This document shows, piece by piece, positions 8,596-19,974 of a stretch of 64,000 bases of DNA. The DNA comes from Longimicrobiales bacterium (GTDB taxonomy: Bacteria > Gemmatimonadota > Gemmatimonadetes > Longimicrobiales > Gaopeijiaceae). A model generated the notes under the pieces. The model made no database searches. It was given only the letters and a program-made list of their open reading frames with translations, and was not told the origin of the DNA. Every line of letters starts with the position of its first letter. Position 1 is the stretch's first letter. The DNA is taken from the NCBI GenBank assembly GCA_041690395.1, contig JAWLHJ010000006.1, positions 6,530 to 70,529 of the forward strand. The letters are read 5' to 3'. The position numbers and the translations under genes are program-made.

Positions 8596-8961
8596 ATGAC
8601 ACTTCCGGAATCCGACATCGCCGAACCGGTCCTGACGCCTCCTCGCATCCAGCTCACGCAGCCCGCGGTGGAGCAGATCCGCGAGATGTTGGCGGAGGAA
8701 GATCTGCTGGAGGAGGGCGGACTTCGGCTCACCGCCCACACGGGAGCCGGTTGTTCGGCGCCCCTGCAGTTCGGCATGGTCCTGGAGATGGCTCCCGGGG
8801 ACGACGACCTCGTCCTCCAGGGGCCGGGCCTCCGGATCTTCATGGATTCCGAAAGCGCTTGGGCGCTGGACGGCCTCCAGGTGGACTGGGTGGACTCCCC
8901 TACGCTCGGCGAAGGGTTCGCCTTCCGGCATCCGCGGGGGGCGGGGGGGCGCGCCTGCTAG
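8596..8961 (+). CDS. HesB/IscA/ErpA-family Fe-S assembly accessory protein
   Basis: IQLTQPAVEQI...GLRL...GCS...FGM...IFMDSES...LDGLQVDW...GFAFRHP. Confidence 0.85.
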   Translation: MTLPESDIAEPVLTPPRIQLTQPAVEQIREMLAEEDLLEEGGLRLTAHTGAGCSAPLQFGMVLEMAPGDDDLVLQGPGLRIFMDSESAWALDGLQVDWVDSPTLGEGFAFRHPRGAGGRAC

Positions 8962-9068
8962 GGGCACGCACCGCCCCGCTCGCGATGTCGGGCGTCGCGC
9001 TCCGCCTCCTCCCACTGCTCGTAGGGGCGTGTGACGCCCCTTCCTTCTTGCGGGTCGACGATCCCCCC

Positions 9069-9093
9069 ATTAAAGTCACAATGTTGCTTTAAT
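9069..9093. promoter_or_regulatory. AT-rich palindrome upstream of padR; candidate operator
   Basis: ATTAAAG-TCACAATGTTG-CTTTAAT inverted repeat ~30 bp before the padR start. Confidence 0.5.
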
Positions 9094-9121
9094 AAACACG
9101 GGATGACGTGGGGGGGGGACG

Positions 9122-9454
9122 ATGGGTAAGGAGACGCTGGGGGAGTTCGAGTTGATGGTCCTGCTCGCGGCCACACGCCTGGGCGAGGAGGAAGCCCATG
9201 CGCTGGCCATCGTGGATGACATCGCGGAGCGGACCGGCCGATCGGTCCGACGCTCCGCCGTCTACGTGACCCTCCGGCGCCTGGAGGAGAAGGGACACAT
9301 CTCGACCTGGCTCGGCGAGCCCCGGGCCGAGCGCGGCGGCAAGGCCCGGCGCCACGTGCGCGTGGAGTCCCAGGGTGCGCTGGCCATCCACGAGTCGCGC
9401 TCGGCGTTGGAGCGCATGTGGGGCGGTCTCGACACCGACCCGGAGACCGCCTGA
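9122..9454 (+). CDS. PadR-family transcriptional regulator
   Basis: LGEFELMVLLA...VYVTLRRLEEKG...RGGKARR; translationally coupled to an ADOP-type permease. Confidence 0.9.
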   Translation: MGKETLGEFELMVLLAATRLGEEEAHALAIVDDIAERTGRSVRRSAVYVTLRRLEEKGHISTWLGEPRAERGGKARRHVRVESQGALAIHESRSALERMWGGLDTDPETA

Positions 9455-12075
9455 TGGCCCCCCGGTGGCTGGTCTGGCTCTTGGAGCGGGTGGTGCCCGG
9501 GCCCAGAATCGACGACGTCGTGGGCGACCTCGAGGAGCTGCACCGCCGGCGGGTCGACCGACTCGGCCGGGGTCCGGCCACCCTGATCACCTTGGCCGAG
9601 GGCGCGTGGCTGGTGCTGGTTCACACGGCCGGTCGCGTCGGACGAGGCGCGTCACCCGCACGGTGGGTGTCCGGCCCCGAACTCCGTCTGGCCCTGCGCC
9701 TGATCCGCAAGCAGCCGGTCATGACGCTGACCTCGGTGGTGGCCCTGGGCGTAGGCATCGGCATCGTGGCGGGCGGGTACAGCGTCTTCCGTCAGGGGCT
9801 CTACGGTGAGCTGCCCTTCCCGAACGGCGACCGGTGGGTGAACGTCGAGTCGTACGCCGCGGAGTCGGGATCGCGGGCCCCGGTGGACCTGGAACGGCTG
9901 ATGTTGTTCCGCTCGTCGGCGCCGGCGCTGGCGTACCTGGCCGGCACCCGGACCGCCGAGCTCAACGTCGTCCACGACAACGGCGAGGTAGAACGCATCG
10001 CTGGGGCCCGGGTCACGCCGGGCACGTTCCGCCATCTGCCCTACCGCCCTCTCCTCGGCCGCCTCCTCCTGCCCACCGATGGCGCGCCGGGCGGCGAGCC
10101 GGTGGCGCTCATCCGGGAGAGCCTGTGGGAACGCCGCTTCTCACGGGACCCGGGCATCGTGGGTCGCACCGTGGACATCGCCGGCGCGGACCACCTCGTG
10201 GTGGGCATCCTGCCCGACGAGGCCGAGTACCCGTCCGAGGGCGAGATCTGGCTTCCGCTGGACGAGGCCACCCTCGGCGCCGACACCGGTGGGCCCGGGA
10301 GCCGCTTCATCGGAGTGCTGGCAGAGGGAGCCACGGTCGACCAGGCACTCGAACAGATCCAGGGCCTGTCCGACCGGAGGGCGGAGGAGGTTCGCGGCAC
10401 GGAGGCACTGCGCTTCCGGGTGGTACCGCTGACCCGAATACTCGTGGCCCCGGACATCCAGGTGGCAATGATCGTGTTCATGGTCGTGCTCCTGTCGGTC
10501 CTGGCGATCATCGCGGCCAACGTCGGCAACCTGGTGGTGGCCCGCACGTCGCGGCGCTCGGGCGAGCTGGCCGTGCGCACCGCTCTGGGCGCGTCGCGCT
10601 CGCGGATCGTAGGCCAGCTCTTCGTGGAGATGCTGGTCGTAGGCGGGCTCGCGTCGGCGCTGGGATTCGCGTCGGCCGGCGTGATCCTGGAGTTCTATGA
10701 CCGGGTGCTGGACGAGCTGCCCTTCTGGGTGGATCTGGCCCTGGAACCCGGCACGGCCGCGGTCGTGATGGTCCTCGCGGTGCTCGCCGCGGCCGTGACC
10801 GGGGTGGTCCCAGCACTGCGCGCCACGCGGAAGGCCCCTGGCGACGCGCTGCGTAAGGCGGGTCGCGGCGCCAACCTCGGGGTGGGCCGCGTCGGAGGCT
10901 TCATGATCGCCGCCGAGGTTGCCCTGTCCGTGGCCCTCCTGGGCAGCGCCACCGTGTTCGCCCAGGGCTTCCAGAGATACGTGGAGCCCTCCTTCGACCT
11001 CCCGGACGACCGGGTGCTGACGGCTCGCCTGGTCCTGGACCTCGACGAAGAGGAGCTGGTGCCGGGCGGATCGGCCACCGTGTCCGACTCGTTGGAACTG
11101 GTGCTACGCGATTTCCAGGCGCGGCTGGCCGCCCTTCCCGGGGTGTCCGCCGTCGGGGCTGCCTCTCACCTGCCCCGCACGAGCCCCTACCCGGAGCCCC
11201 TGGAGCTGGAAGACCGCCCCGACCTGGTCACGACGCCCATGGTAGCACTCGGCCCCGGGCTCCTCGACGTCCTCGAGGTCCGCCCCGTCCTGGGCCGGGA
11301 CCTGGACGAGGCGGATCTGCGACCCGGAGCCCCTGCGGTGGCGCTGGTCAACGAGTCGTTCGCGCTCGAGCAGTACGGGACGACTCAGGTGTTGGGCCGC
11401 CGGCTGCGCCTCGCTCCCACGTCCGAGCAGGACGAAGCCGAGCCTTGGCGGGAGATCGTCGGCGTGATTCCCGACGTCATGGAGGTAGCCGGCTCGAGGG
11501 ACGCCGGCGGTGTCTACATCCCTCTGACGCCGCGTAGGTTCGTCAGCGTGGCGCTGCGGGTGGACGCCGACCCTGTCGCCTACACGGGCCGCGTACGCCG
11601 GGCCGCGTTCGACGTGGATCCCAACCTGGACGTCTCGGACATCACGCGGCTGGACCAGGTCGGCGCCGAGAACCGCATGGCCCTCGGTGCCATGACGTCG
11701 GCGCTGTCGGGCATCGGCCTCGTGACCCTATTGCTGTCCCTGGCGGGCGTTTACTCCATCGTCTCGCTGTCGGTCACGCGGCGCACCCGCGAGATCGGCG
11801 TGCGGGTAGCTCTCGGCGAGAACCGGGGAGCGATCCTCCGCTCGTTGCTTCGGCGGTCGGGCCTCCTGGTCCTGGGCGGCGCGGCGGTGGGCGCCGTTCT
11901 CGGCCACCGCGTGGCCGGGCTCCGGCTGTTCGTGTTCGCCGTGCCCGAGCCCGGGTGGTGGCTCTTCCCGGGGCTCATGGCGCTCATGGGACTGGCCGGG
12001 CTCCTGGCCTGCTGGATCCCGGTGCGGCGCGCCCTGTCCATCCAGCCGGTGGAGGCGCTTCGTTACGACGGATGA
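9454..12075 (+). CDS. ABC transporter permease, duplicated MacB/FtsX type (ADOP-like)
   Basis: Two MacB-PCD/FtsX repeats (ELAVRTALGASR, REIGVRVALG), C-terminal PVEALR. Confidence 0.9.
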   Translation: MAPRWLVWLLERVVPGPRIDDVVGDLEELHRRRVDRLGRGPATLITLAEGAWLVLVHTAGRVGRGASPARWVSGPELRLALRLIRKQPVMTLTSVVALGVGIGIVAGGYSVFRQGLYGELPFPNGDRWVNVESYAAESGSRAPVDLERLMLFRSSAPALAYLAGTRTAELNVVHDNGEVERIAGARVTPGTFRHLPYRPLLGRLLLPTDGAPGGEPVALIRESLWERRFSRDPGIVGRTVDIAGADHLVVGILPDEAEYPSEGEIWLPLDEATLGADTGGPGSRFIGVLAEGATVDQALEQIQGLSDRRAEEVRGTEALRFRVVPLTRILVAPDIQVAMIVFMVVLLSVLAIIAANVGNLVVARTSRRSGELAVRTALGASRSRIVGQLFVEMLVVGGLASALGFASAGVILEFYDRVLDELPFWVDLALEPGTAAVVMVLAVLAAAVTGVVPALRATRKAPGDALRKAGRGANLGVGRVGGFMIAAEVALSVALLGSATVFAQGFQRYVEPSFDLPDDRVLTARLVLDLDEEELVPGGSATVSDSLELVLRDFQARLAALPGVSAVGAASHLPRTSPYPEPLELEDRPDLVTTPMVALGPGLLDVLEVRPVLGRDLDEADLRPGAPAVALVNESFALEQYGTTQVLGRRLRLAPTSEQDEAEPWREIVGVIPDVMEVAGSRDAGGVYIPLTPRRFVSVALRVDADPVAYTGRVRRAAFDVDPNLDVSDITRLDQVGAENRMALGAMTSALSGIGLVTLLLSLAGVYSIVSLSVTRRTREIGVRVALGENRGAILRSLLRRSGLLVLGGAAVGAVLGHRVAGLRLFVFAVPEPGWWLFPGLMALMGLAGLLACWIPVRRALSIQPVEALRYDG

Positions 12076-12130
12076 CTCCGCCTGCCCGACACACCCCCAC
12101 CGGACTGATCGTCTAGTACGTCTTGAACTG

Positions 12131-13816
<1,686 letters not shown>

Positions 13817-14016
13817 GACGGCCAGGAGCTGGAGGAAGAACCCGCGCACCGTCCGGCGATGTGCTTGCGGACGTGCACGACCGCGCCAAGTAGAAGGCGC
13901 GCACGGGTCTCCGTCAAGCACGATCGCACAGCCGCATCGCTTGCGCGGCGTTCCGGGGCTGGGCAGGTTGGGCTCGTCCTCGCCCGATGTCCCGCCCCCG
14001 AACCCCGACCATCTTC

Positions 14017-14469
14017 ATGAAGATCGAGCACATACTCGTCGCCACGGACCTCTCGGAGGCCGCGCTCGCTTGCTGCGCACCCATAGGCGGGCTCGCGCGC
14101 ACGCTCGGAGCGCGTATGACGCTTCTGCACGTCGTGGGCGGCAACGAGGCCATCCCCCACGGGGCGCCGCTCGCTCCCCCCCTCGAGGAGCCCGCTTCCG
14201 CCAAGGAAGTGGAAAAGGCGCGAGCCAAGCTCGATGAGCGGCTGCCGGCCTACGGCGAAGGCGTGGAGCTGACGCCGGTGGTGATCTCCGGTGGCGACAC
14301 CGCCGACGAGATCGTGGAGTATGCGGAGAAGCACGGCGCCGACCTGATCGCACTGGCGACCCACGGACGTACCGGCTTCCGGCACATGGTGCTGGGCAGC
14401 GTCGCCGAGGACGTGGTGCGGAAGAGCAAGATCCCGGTCATCGTGTTGCCCCGCCCGAAGAAGAAGTAG
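14017..14469 (+). CDS. Universal stress protein
   Basis: ILVATDLS...ADLIALATHGRTG...LGSVAEDVVR. Confidence 0.93.
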   Translation: MKIEHILVATDLSEAALACCAPIGGLARTLGARMTLLHVVGGNEAIPHGAPLAPPLEEPASAKEVEKARAKLDERLPAYGEGVELTPVVISGGDTADEIVEYAEKHGADLIALATHGRTGFRHMVLGSVAEDVVRKSKIPVIVLPRPKKK

Positions 14470-14480
14470 GAGGGACCGGA

Positions 14481-15263
14481 ATGGACGCGCTCCGCGACCG
14501 GGTCGCGCTCATCACCGGTGCCAGTCGTGGCATCGGTGCCGGGCTCGCCCGCCACTTCTACCGCAACGGTCTCAAGCTCGCCCTCTGCGCGAGATCGAAC
14601 CCGGACGCCGGCCAGGTCCCCGAGGACAGGGAGCGGATCCACTTCGGGAACGTGGACGTCACCGACTACGACGCCTTGAGCCGGTTCGCGTCCGACGCGG
14701 AGGAGCGTCTCGGGCCGATCGACCTCTGGGTGAACAACGCCGGCCTCCTCGACCCGATCGGCCCCCTGCGGCGGATCTCTCCGGACGACGTGCGCCGGCA
14801 CATCGACGTGAATCTGCTCGGCGTCTTCCATGGGACCCGCGTCTATCTCGAGCGCCTCCATGCGGCGAAACGGACCGGCACGATCGTCAACATCTCGTCG
14901 GGTGCCGCGGTACGGCCGGTGGCGGGGTGGGGCGCCTACTGCGCGGGCAAGGCCGCCGTCGACATGCTCACGCGCGTGACGTCGGTGGAGGAGCGTCCGC
15001 ATGGGATCCGCGCCTTCGCACTCGCGCCGGGCGTGATCGAGACGGGCATGCAGGAGCTCATCCGTCGCCAGGACGAAGCGGACTTCCCGGACGTCGACCG
15101 CTTCCGCGAGATGCATGCGTCGGGCGATCTGCTCGAGGCGGAGTCGCCCGGCCCGACGATCCTCCGGCTGGCCTTCGGCGACGCGCTCCCCGAGGATGCG
15201 GTGGTGCTGGATGTGCGGGATTCAGCCGAGCTCGAGGACCTGGGGGCGTTCGCGGGGTTGTGA
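14481..15263 (+). CDS. Short-chain dehydrogenase/reductase
   Basis: ITGASRGIG, NNAG, YxxxK (YCAGK). Confidence 0.93.
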   Translation: MDALRDRVALITGASRGIGAGLARHFYRNGLKLALCARSNPDAGQVPEDRERIHFGNVDVTDYDALSRFASDAEERLGPIDLWVNNAGLLDPIGPLRRISPDDVRRHIDVNLLGVFHGTRVYLERLHAAKRTGTIVNISSGAAVRPVAGWGAYCAGKAAVDMLTRVTSVEERPHGIRAFALAPGVIETGMQELIRRQDEADFPDVDRFREMHASGDLLEAESPGPTILRLAFGDALPEDAVVLDVRDSAELEDLGAFAGL

Positions 15264-15286
15264 GGGGGTGGGGGTGGGGCTGAGCC

Positions 15287-15673
15287 CTACCAGGTCGCCC
15301 GGTCGTAGTGATCGTGCAGCGTGCGATCCTTCGTTAGGAGCGGCGCCCGGGCCAGGGCGGCCTGGGCCACGATGATCCGATCGAAGGGGTCCCTCGTCCA
15401 GGTCTCCCCTTCCGCGGCCCTGGCCACCACCGGAAAGGGGGCGTCGCAGACGCGGAGGCCGAGCGATGCCTGGAGCGCATCGACCACGGGGCCGGCCGGC
15501 CCCGTCACCCGTCCGATCTCGTAGAGGTACTGGAGTTCGAGCCGGACCATGGGCGAGATGCGGATTTCCTCCGCCTCCTCCAGCCTCCGAATGGCTCCGG
15601 AGGACAGGTGTTCCAGGGCCGACGCATGCATCCACACCACGACGTGGGTGTCCAGGTAGATCAGGGCCGCCAT
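15287..15673 (-). CDS. vapC: PIN-domain (VapC-like) toxin
   Basis: YLDTHVVVW...E...RDPFDRIIVAQA...LLTKD. Confidence 0.9.
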   Translation of the reverse strand: MAALIYLDTHVVVWMHASALEHLSSGAIRRLEEAEEIRISPMVRLELQYLYEIGRVTGPAGPVVDALQASLGLRVCDAPFPVVARAAEGETWTRDPFDRIIVAQAALARAPLLTKDRTLHDHYDRATW

Positions 15674-15891
15674 TCGCCCGACCAATCGAGGTGCACGATG
15701 TCCTCCGGATCCCCCGGCAGGTAGTCCGGTTCGGGTGCCAGGGCTGCAAAACGGCTGGCCGGCTCCACGGGTACGATGCGCAGGTGCCGCCCGTCCCGAT
15801 CGATCTCGATGGGGACGCCGGTCTCGAGCACCTCATCGAGGAGGCGGTAGAGGTTGGCGCGTAGGAATGTGGGGGAAAGAATCCTGCTCAT
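15661..15891 (-). CDS. Phd/YefM-like antitoxin
   Basis: SPTFLRANLYRLLDEVLETGVPIEI; overlaps the toxin start. Confidence 0.85.
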   Translation of the reverse strand: MSRILSPTFLRANLYRLLDEVLETGVPIEIDRDGRHLRIVPVEPASRFAALAPEPDYLPGDPEDIVHLDWSGEWRP

Positions 15892-15972
15892 GGCCTTATC
15901 TCCGGAAGCGTACGGTACGGCATCCATGATACGTACGCGTACACCCCACGACAAGAGACCGTCAGCCGGCCC

Positions 15973-18363
15973 TCACCCGGTCGGCTGCTCTCCCAGGATC
16001 TCCTCGAAGGTCACGTTCTGAATGGGATACTCCCGCCAGAGCTCGTGATCGAAGTGCCACCACTCGGCCTCGTACACGGTGAACCCCTCCGCCTCCATCG
16101 TCTCCCGAAGCAGTGCCCTGAACCAGCGCTGGAGCGAGGTCCCGCCGGGGTAGTCCGGATAGGACCGGGGCGAGAACTCGTCATAGCCGCCCACGGCCTC
16201 CACCACCTGCCCGGTGGCCAGGTCGTACAGCGTCAGATCGACGGCGGCGCCCCGGTTGTGCCGCGACCCCTGTGCCGGGTCGGCGACGAACACCTTCATG
16301 GACTCCGGCGTGGCATCCCAGAAGGTCCGGGTGACGTACCACGGACGGTAGGCATCGTGGATCAGGAGCCCGTAGCCTCTCGCCTCCAGCGCCTGCCGGA
16401 CCCGCCCCAGCGCCTCGGCCGCCGGCCTCTGCAGGAAGGCCTTCTCGAGCCCGTAGAAGACCGAGTTCATGAAGTTGTTCGTGGACGCGTAGCGGATGTC
16501 GAAGCGGATGTCCGGATGCACGGTGGCCAGATCCACCAGGTCGGGCTCCCGGAACGTGCCCTCCTCCGCGGGGGGGGTGGCCGCCAGCGCGACCTCCAGC
16601 AGCTCGGATACCGGCCGGACCGGGGTGATGCGGAAGGTCTCGCCGTCCACCGTTCCCAGGTCCCGGCGGGGGAACACCACGCTGGCCGCCTCCACCTGCG
16701 TCGCCTCACCCCCGGGGCCCCGGGTGAAGATCAGGCTCTCCCCGTCGTACAGGCCCCGGTCGGGAAACCGGAAGACATCCTCCGACACCTCCTCCAGCGG
16801 GTACTCGAAGAACCACTCGATGAGGGCATGCAGCCGGCCATCGCGCTCCAGGATGTAGAGCACGTTGTGGTCCCACCCGTACTCCCCGATGAGGCCGGTC
16901 CAGCGGGCGGGGGCGGGGGGTGTCCGCCGGGATGCGGTCCGGGGCAGGACCCGATCTCCCACCTGGAGCGAGCCATCCGACAGCGGCAGCACCCGAGGCC
17001 CCCGGGCCAGGGCGTCGTCCACGACCAGGGTGTCTCCCGCCAGCGTCCGAAGGACGCCCGGAACGCCGCCCCGGATGAGCACGAGCCCGCCATCCCGCCG
17101 GGCCAGTTCCACACGAGCCTCCCCCTCGCCGTAGTGACCCACCAGCCGCTCCACCACGTCGGGCGATACCGGTCCGGTGGTGGCCATCCGCGGCAGCTCG
17201 TCCCCGTTCCTGGCCGCCAACATCAGGCGCAGGGCCTGGTCGGCCAGTCGATCGGTCACCGTGTTCGCGATGTCCTTGCTGGTCACCACCACCACCCCGA
17301 GGCCGACCTCGGGGAGCGCCTCAAGCGCGGTGGCGAACCCGTAGATGGCCCCACCGTGGCCGATGCGGCGGTGTCCCTCCAGCTCGGAGAGCCCGAACCC
17401 GATGCCGTACCCCGTGGTCGCCTCGGGGGGAGCGAACTGCGGGGTCCACATCGACTCCAGGGTCTCGGGCTCCAGGATCCGCCCCCGCACCCCTTCCCCC
17501 CCGGCGAAGAGGGCGCTCAGGAACCGTCCCAGGTCCGTGACGGTGGAGTACATGCTGCCGGCGGGCGCCATACCCAGCTGGAAGGTGGGCGCCCGGCTGG
17601 TCCTGCCGTCCACGGTCCACATCTCCGCCACGGCCAGATCCTCCACTAGGTCGGGACGGGGGACGAACGCCGTCCGGTCCATACCGAGGGGACGGAGGAC
17701 CTCCTGGTCGAGGATCTCGTGGAAGGGTCGTCCCCGCACCACCTCGAGGGCGTACCCGACCGTGGCGATGGCCGCGTTGGAGTACTTCGAGCGGCTCTCG
17801 GGAGGGTAGACCAGCTCGGTGGCGTTGAGGCTGGCCACGGTGGCCGCCAGGGTGGGCTCGTCGTCGTGGAAGTAGCTTCCCACGGGGGGCTCCCGAACCA
17901 ACCCGGACCGGTGCGACATGAGCTGCCGCAGCGTGATCTCGCCTCCGAAGGGATTCCGGGGCGCGAAGTCCGGGAGATAGCGGGTCACCGGCACATCCAG
18001 CTCCAACTCCCCCCGCTCCATGGCCTGCATCACGGCGATGTCGGTGAAGAGCTTCGACACCGACCCCACCCGGTGCACCGTGGACGCCGAAGCGGGCGTG
18101 CCGTCCTCCGGGTCCTGGACCCCGAAGCCCTCCGCCCAGACGACGTCCGGCCCGTCCACCAGGGCGATGGACACCGCCGGCAGGGCCTTGTCCTCCATCT
18201 CGTGCCGGATCAGGCGGCGGAGCTCCTCGGCGACCGGGGCATAGATCGCCGTCGGGGCCACGGCCGATGTCGCGGAGGTCGGGTCCTGATCCGCCGGTGC
18301 GCAGGAGGCCATCAGTGCGCCCGCCAGCATGGCCGCGAGCGTCCGGTGGGGAGACAGCATCAT
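15973..18363 (-). CDS. Serine hydrolase (beta-lactamase/PBP family) fused to a VanX-like D-Ala-D-Ala dipeptidase; probable lipoprotein
   Basis: Lipobox-like LMASC; SxxK (SVSK), YSN, HGG; C-terminal DAYRP, SRHNRGAAVDLT, EWWHF. Confidence 0.9.
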   Translation of the reverse strand: MMLSPHRTLAAMLAGALMASCAPADQDPTSATSAVAPTAIYAPVAEELRRLIRHEMEDKALPAVSIALVDGPDVVWAEGFGVQDPEDGTPASASTVHRVGSVSKLFTDIAVMQAMERGELELDVPVTRYLPDFAPRNPFGGEITLRQLMSHRSGLVREPPVGSYFHDDEPTLAATVASLNATELVYPPESRSKYSNAAIATVGYALEVVRGRPFHEILDQEVLRPLGMDRTAFVPRPDLVEDLAVAEMWTVDGRTSRAPTFQLGMAPAGSMYSTVTDLGRFLSALFAGGEGVRGRILEPETLESMWTPQFAPPEATTGYGIGFGLSELEGHRRIGHGGAIYGFATALEALPEVGLGVVVVTSKDIANTVTDRLADQALRLMLAARNGDELPRMATTGPVSPDVVERLVGHYGEGEARVELARRDGGLVLIRGGVPGVLRTLAGDTLVVDDALARGPRVLPLSDGSLQVGDRVLPRTASRRTPPAPARWTGLIGEYGWDHNVLYILERDGRLHALIEWFFEYPLEEVSEDVFRFPDRGLYDGESLIFTRGPGGEATQVEAASVVFPRRDLGTVDGETFRITPVRPVSELLEVALAATPPAEEGTFREPDLVDLATVHPDIRFDIRYASTNNFMNSVFYGLEKAFLQRPAAEALGRVRQALEARGYGLLIHDAYRPWYVTRTFWDATPESMKVFVADPAQGSRHNRGAAVDLTLYDLATGQVVEAVGGYDEFSPRSYPDYPGGTSLQRWFRALLRETMEAEGFTVYEAEWWHFDHELWREYPIQNVTFEEILGEQPTG

Positions 18364-18546
18364 GGACCACTCCCGGGAACGGGGGAAGGACAGAACGTCG
18401 ACCGGGGTCGAGTCGGCTTCAGGGAGAAGCTGGGATGCGTAATCGGCGCGCGTCAAACGCCTGGTCCGAGCGGTCGTCTCCCATGGCTGATCTCCGAGGG
18501 CATGCGGTAGGTTGCAGGTCACACGTACGCGTACCGGGAGGCCACC

Positions 18547-19368
18547 ATGCGCTGCCATCAACGGCTCGTCCTTTCACTGCCATTCCTTCTCATGTTCGCC
18601 TGTGGCGGTAGCGAGCCGCCTGAGGAGCAACCCGGCGCGGACGCCACGACTGAGCCCGTGGAGGGCACTGTCGCTCCGGACGGCCACTCCAGCCGCATCG
18701 CGCTCGACTGGGCCGGCAGCTACTCGGGCGTCCTGCCCTGCGCCAGCTGCCCTGGCATCGAAACGGTCATCACGCTGAACGAGGACGGCACGTTCGAACG
18801 CTCCATGCTCTACATCGACGAGTCGCCCGTTCCGGAGACCGACAGCGGCGCGTTCACCTGGAACGACGCCGGCAGCACGGTCATCCTCGACACCGCCGAT
18901 GCCGAAGCACAGCACTACCAGGTGGGTGAGAACGTGCTGTTCCACCTCGATCGGGAGGGCCAGCGAGTTACCGGCGATCTCGCCGCCCAGTACATGTTGC
19001 ACAAGCACCTGCGAGATCCCGAAATCGAGGGCCGACGCTGGAAGCTCGTGGAGTTGCGCGGCAACCCGGTGGAGGCCGGTCAGGCCGAACGCGAGGCTGT
19101 GCTCGAGCTACGCGCGGACGATGCGATCGCCGCCGGCAATACGTCCTGCAACTCTTTCTCGGGGCCGTACGCCATCAAGGCCGGGCAGCGCATCAGCTTC
19201 GGCCGAAACATGGCCGTCACGAGAATGGCGTGCCCGGACATGAGTCTCGAGTCGGGGTTCCTCGAGATGCTGCAGCAGGTCGACAACTACACCGTCAGCG
19301 ATGAGGGCATGCTCAGCCTGAACCGTGCGCGGATGGCGCCGATGGCGAGGTTCGAGCCGGGGGGGTGA
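18547..19368 (+). CDS. NlpE-N (CutF-like) + META domain lipoprotein
   Basis: LDWAGSYSGVLPCASCPGIET; C-terminal GNTSCNSFSG...TRMAC. Confidence 0.88.
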   Translation: MRCHQRLVLSLPFLLMFACGGSEPPEEQPGADATTEPVEGTVAPDGHSSRIALDWAGSYSGVLPCASCPGIETVITLNEDGTFERSMLYIDESPVPETDSGAFTWNDAGSTVILDTADAEAQHYQVGENVLFHLDREGQRVTGDLAAQYMLHKHLRDPEIEGRRWKLVELRGNPVEAGQAEREAVLELRADDAIAAGNTSCNSFSGPYAIKAGQRISFGRNMAVTRMACPDMSLESGFLEMLQQVDNYTVSDEGMLSLNRARMAPMARFEPGG

Positions 19369-19377
19369 CCAAGGGTC

Positions 19378-19974
19378 CTACGAGCGAGCGAACGCCACCA
19401 ATGGGTCCATGTCACCACCGTCGGCCGCTCTCAACGCATCAATGTATGCTTTGCGGAGCTCGGAAGTCTGTACCAGGCTAGCCCCGCCCCACGAGAATGC
19501 CGATCTTCCGGCTTGCTGAACGAGGAGGTCGGCCATCAACCGTGCGTGACGACCGTTGCCGTTCGGGAAGGGGTGGATCCAGACAAGTCGATGATGGAAA
19601 CGAACCGCTAGTTCATCGGGTTCGAAGACTTCATGCTCTCTCCAGTGACGAGCGTCCTCGACCAGCTTTCGGACCTCGGAGCGAACCAGGAACTTGTCCA
19701 CTCCGATGTTCTTATCTGTCTTCCGCACGTGGCCTGCCCAGCGCCAGACTGCGCCGAACATCCGCTTGTGCAAGGCATAGAGGAACTCCTCCGTGAGTAC
19801 GTCGACAGACCGACGGCCGAGGACGGCTCGGTCGAGCGCCCACTCCAGACCTGATTGGATATTCGCCTCCTCCAGTTCGTCCAACTCAGAACGGGTGGAT
19901 ACGTGCGCATGGAGTAGACCATCGGCTTCATCGGGGTCGATTGGCGTAGCCCCGTAGGGCAGCTCACTCGTCAA
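19378..19974 (-). CDS. Fic-domain protein (mobile mystery protein B type)
   Basis: GATPIDPDE N-terminus, Fic motif HPFPNGNGRHAR; paired with the upstream HTH gene. Start (TTG) approximate. Confidence 0.88.
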   Translation of the reverse strand: MTSELPYGATPIDPDEADGLLHAHVSTRSELDELEEANIQSGLEWALDRAVLGRRSVDVLTEEFLYALHKRMFGAVWRWAGHVRKTDKNIGVDKFLVRSEVRKLVEDARHWREHEVFEPDELAVRFHHRLVWIHPFPNGNGRHARLMADLLVQQAGRSAFSWGGASLVQTSELRKAYIDALRAADGGDMDPLVAFARS

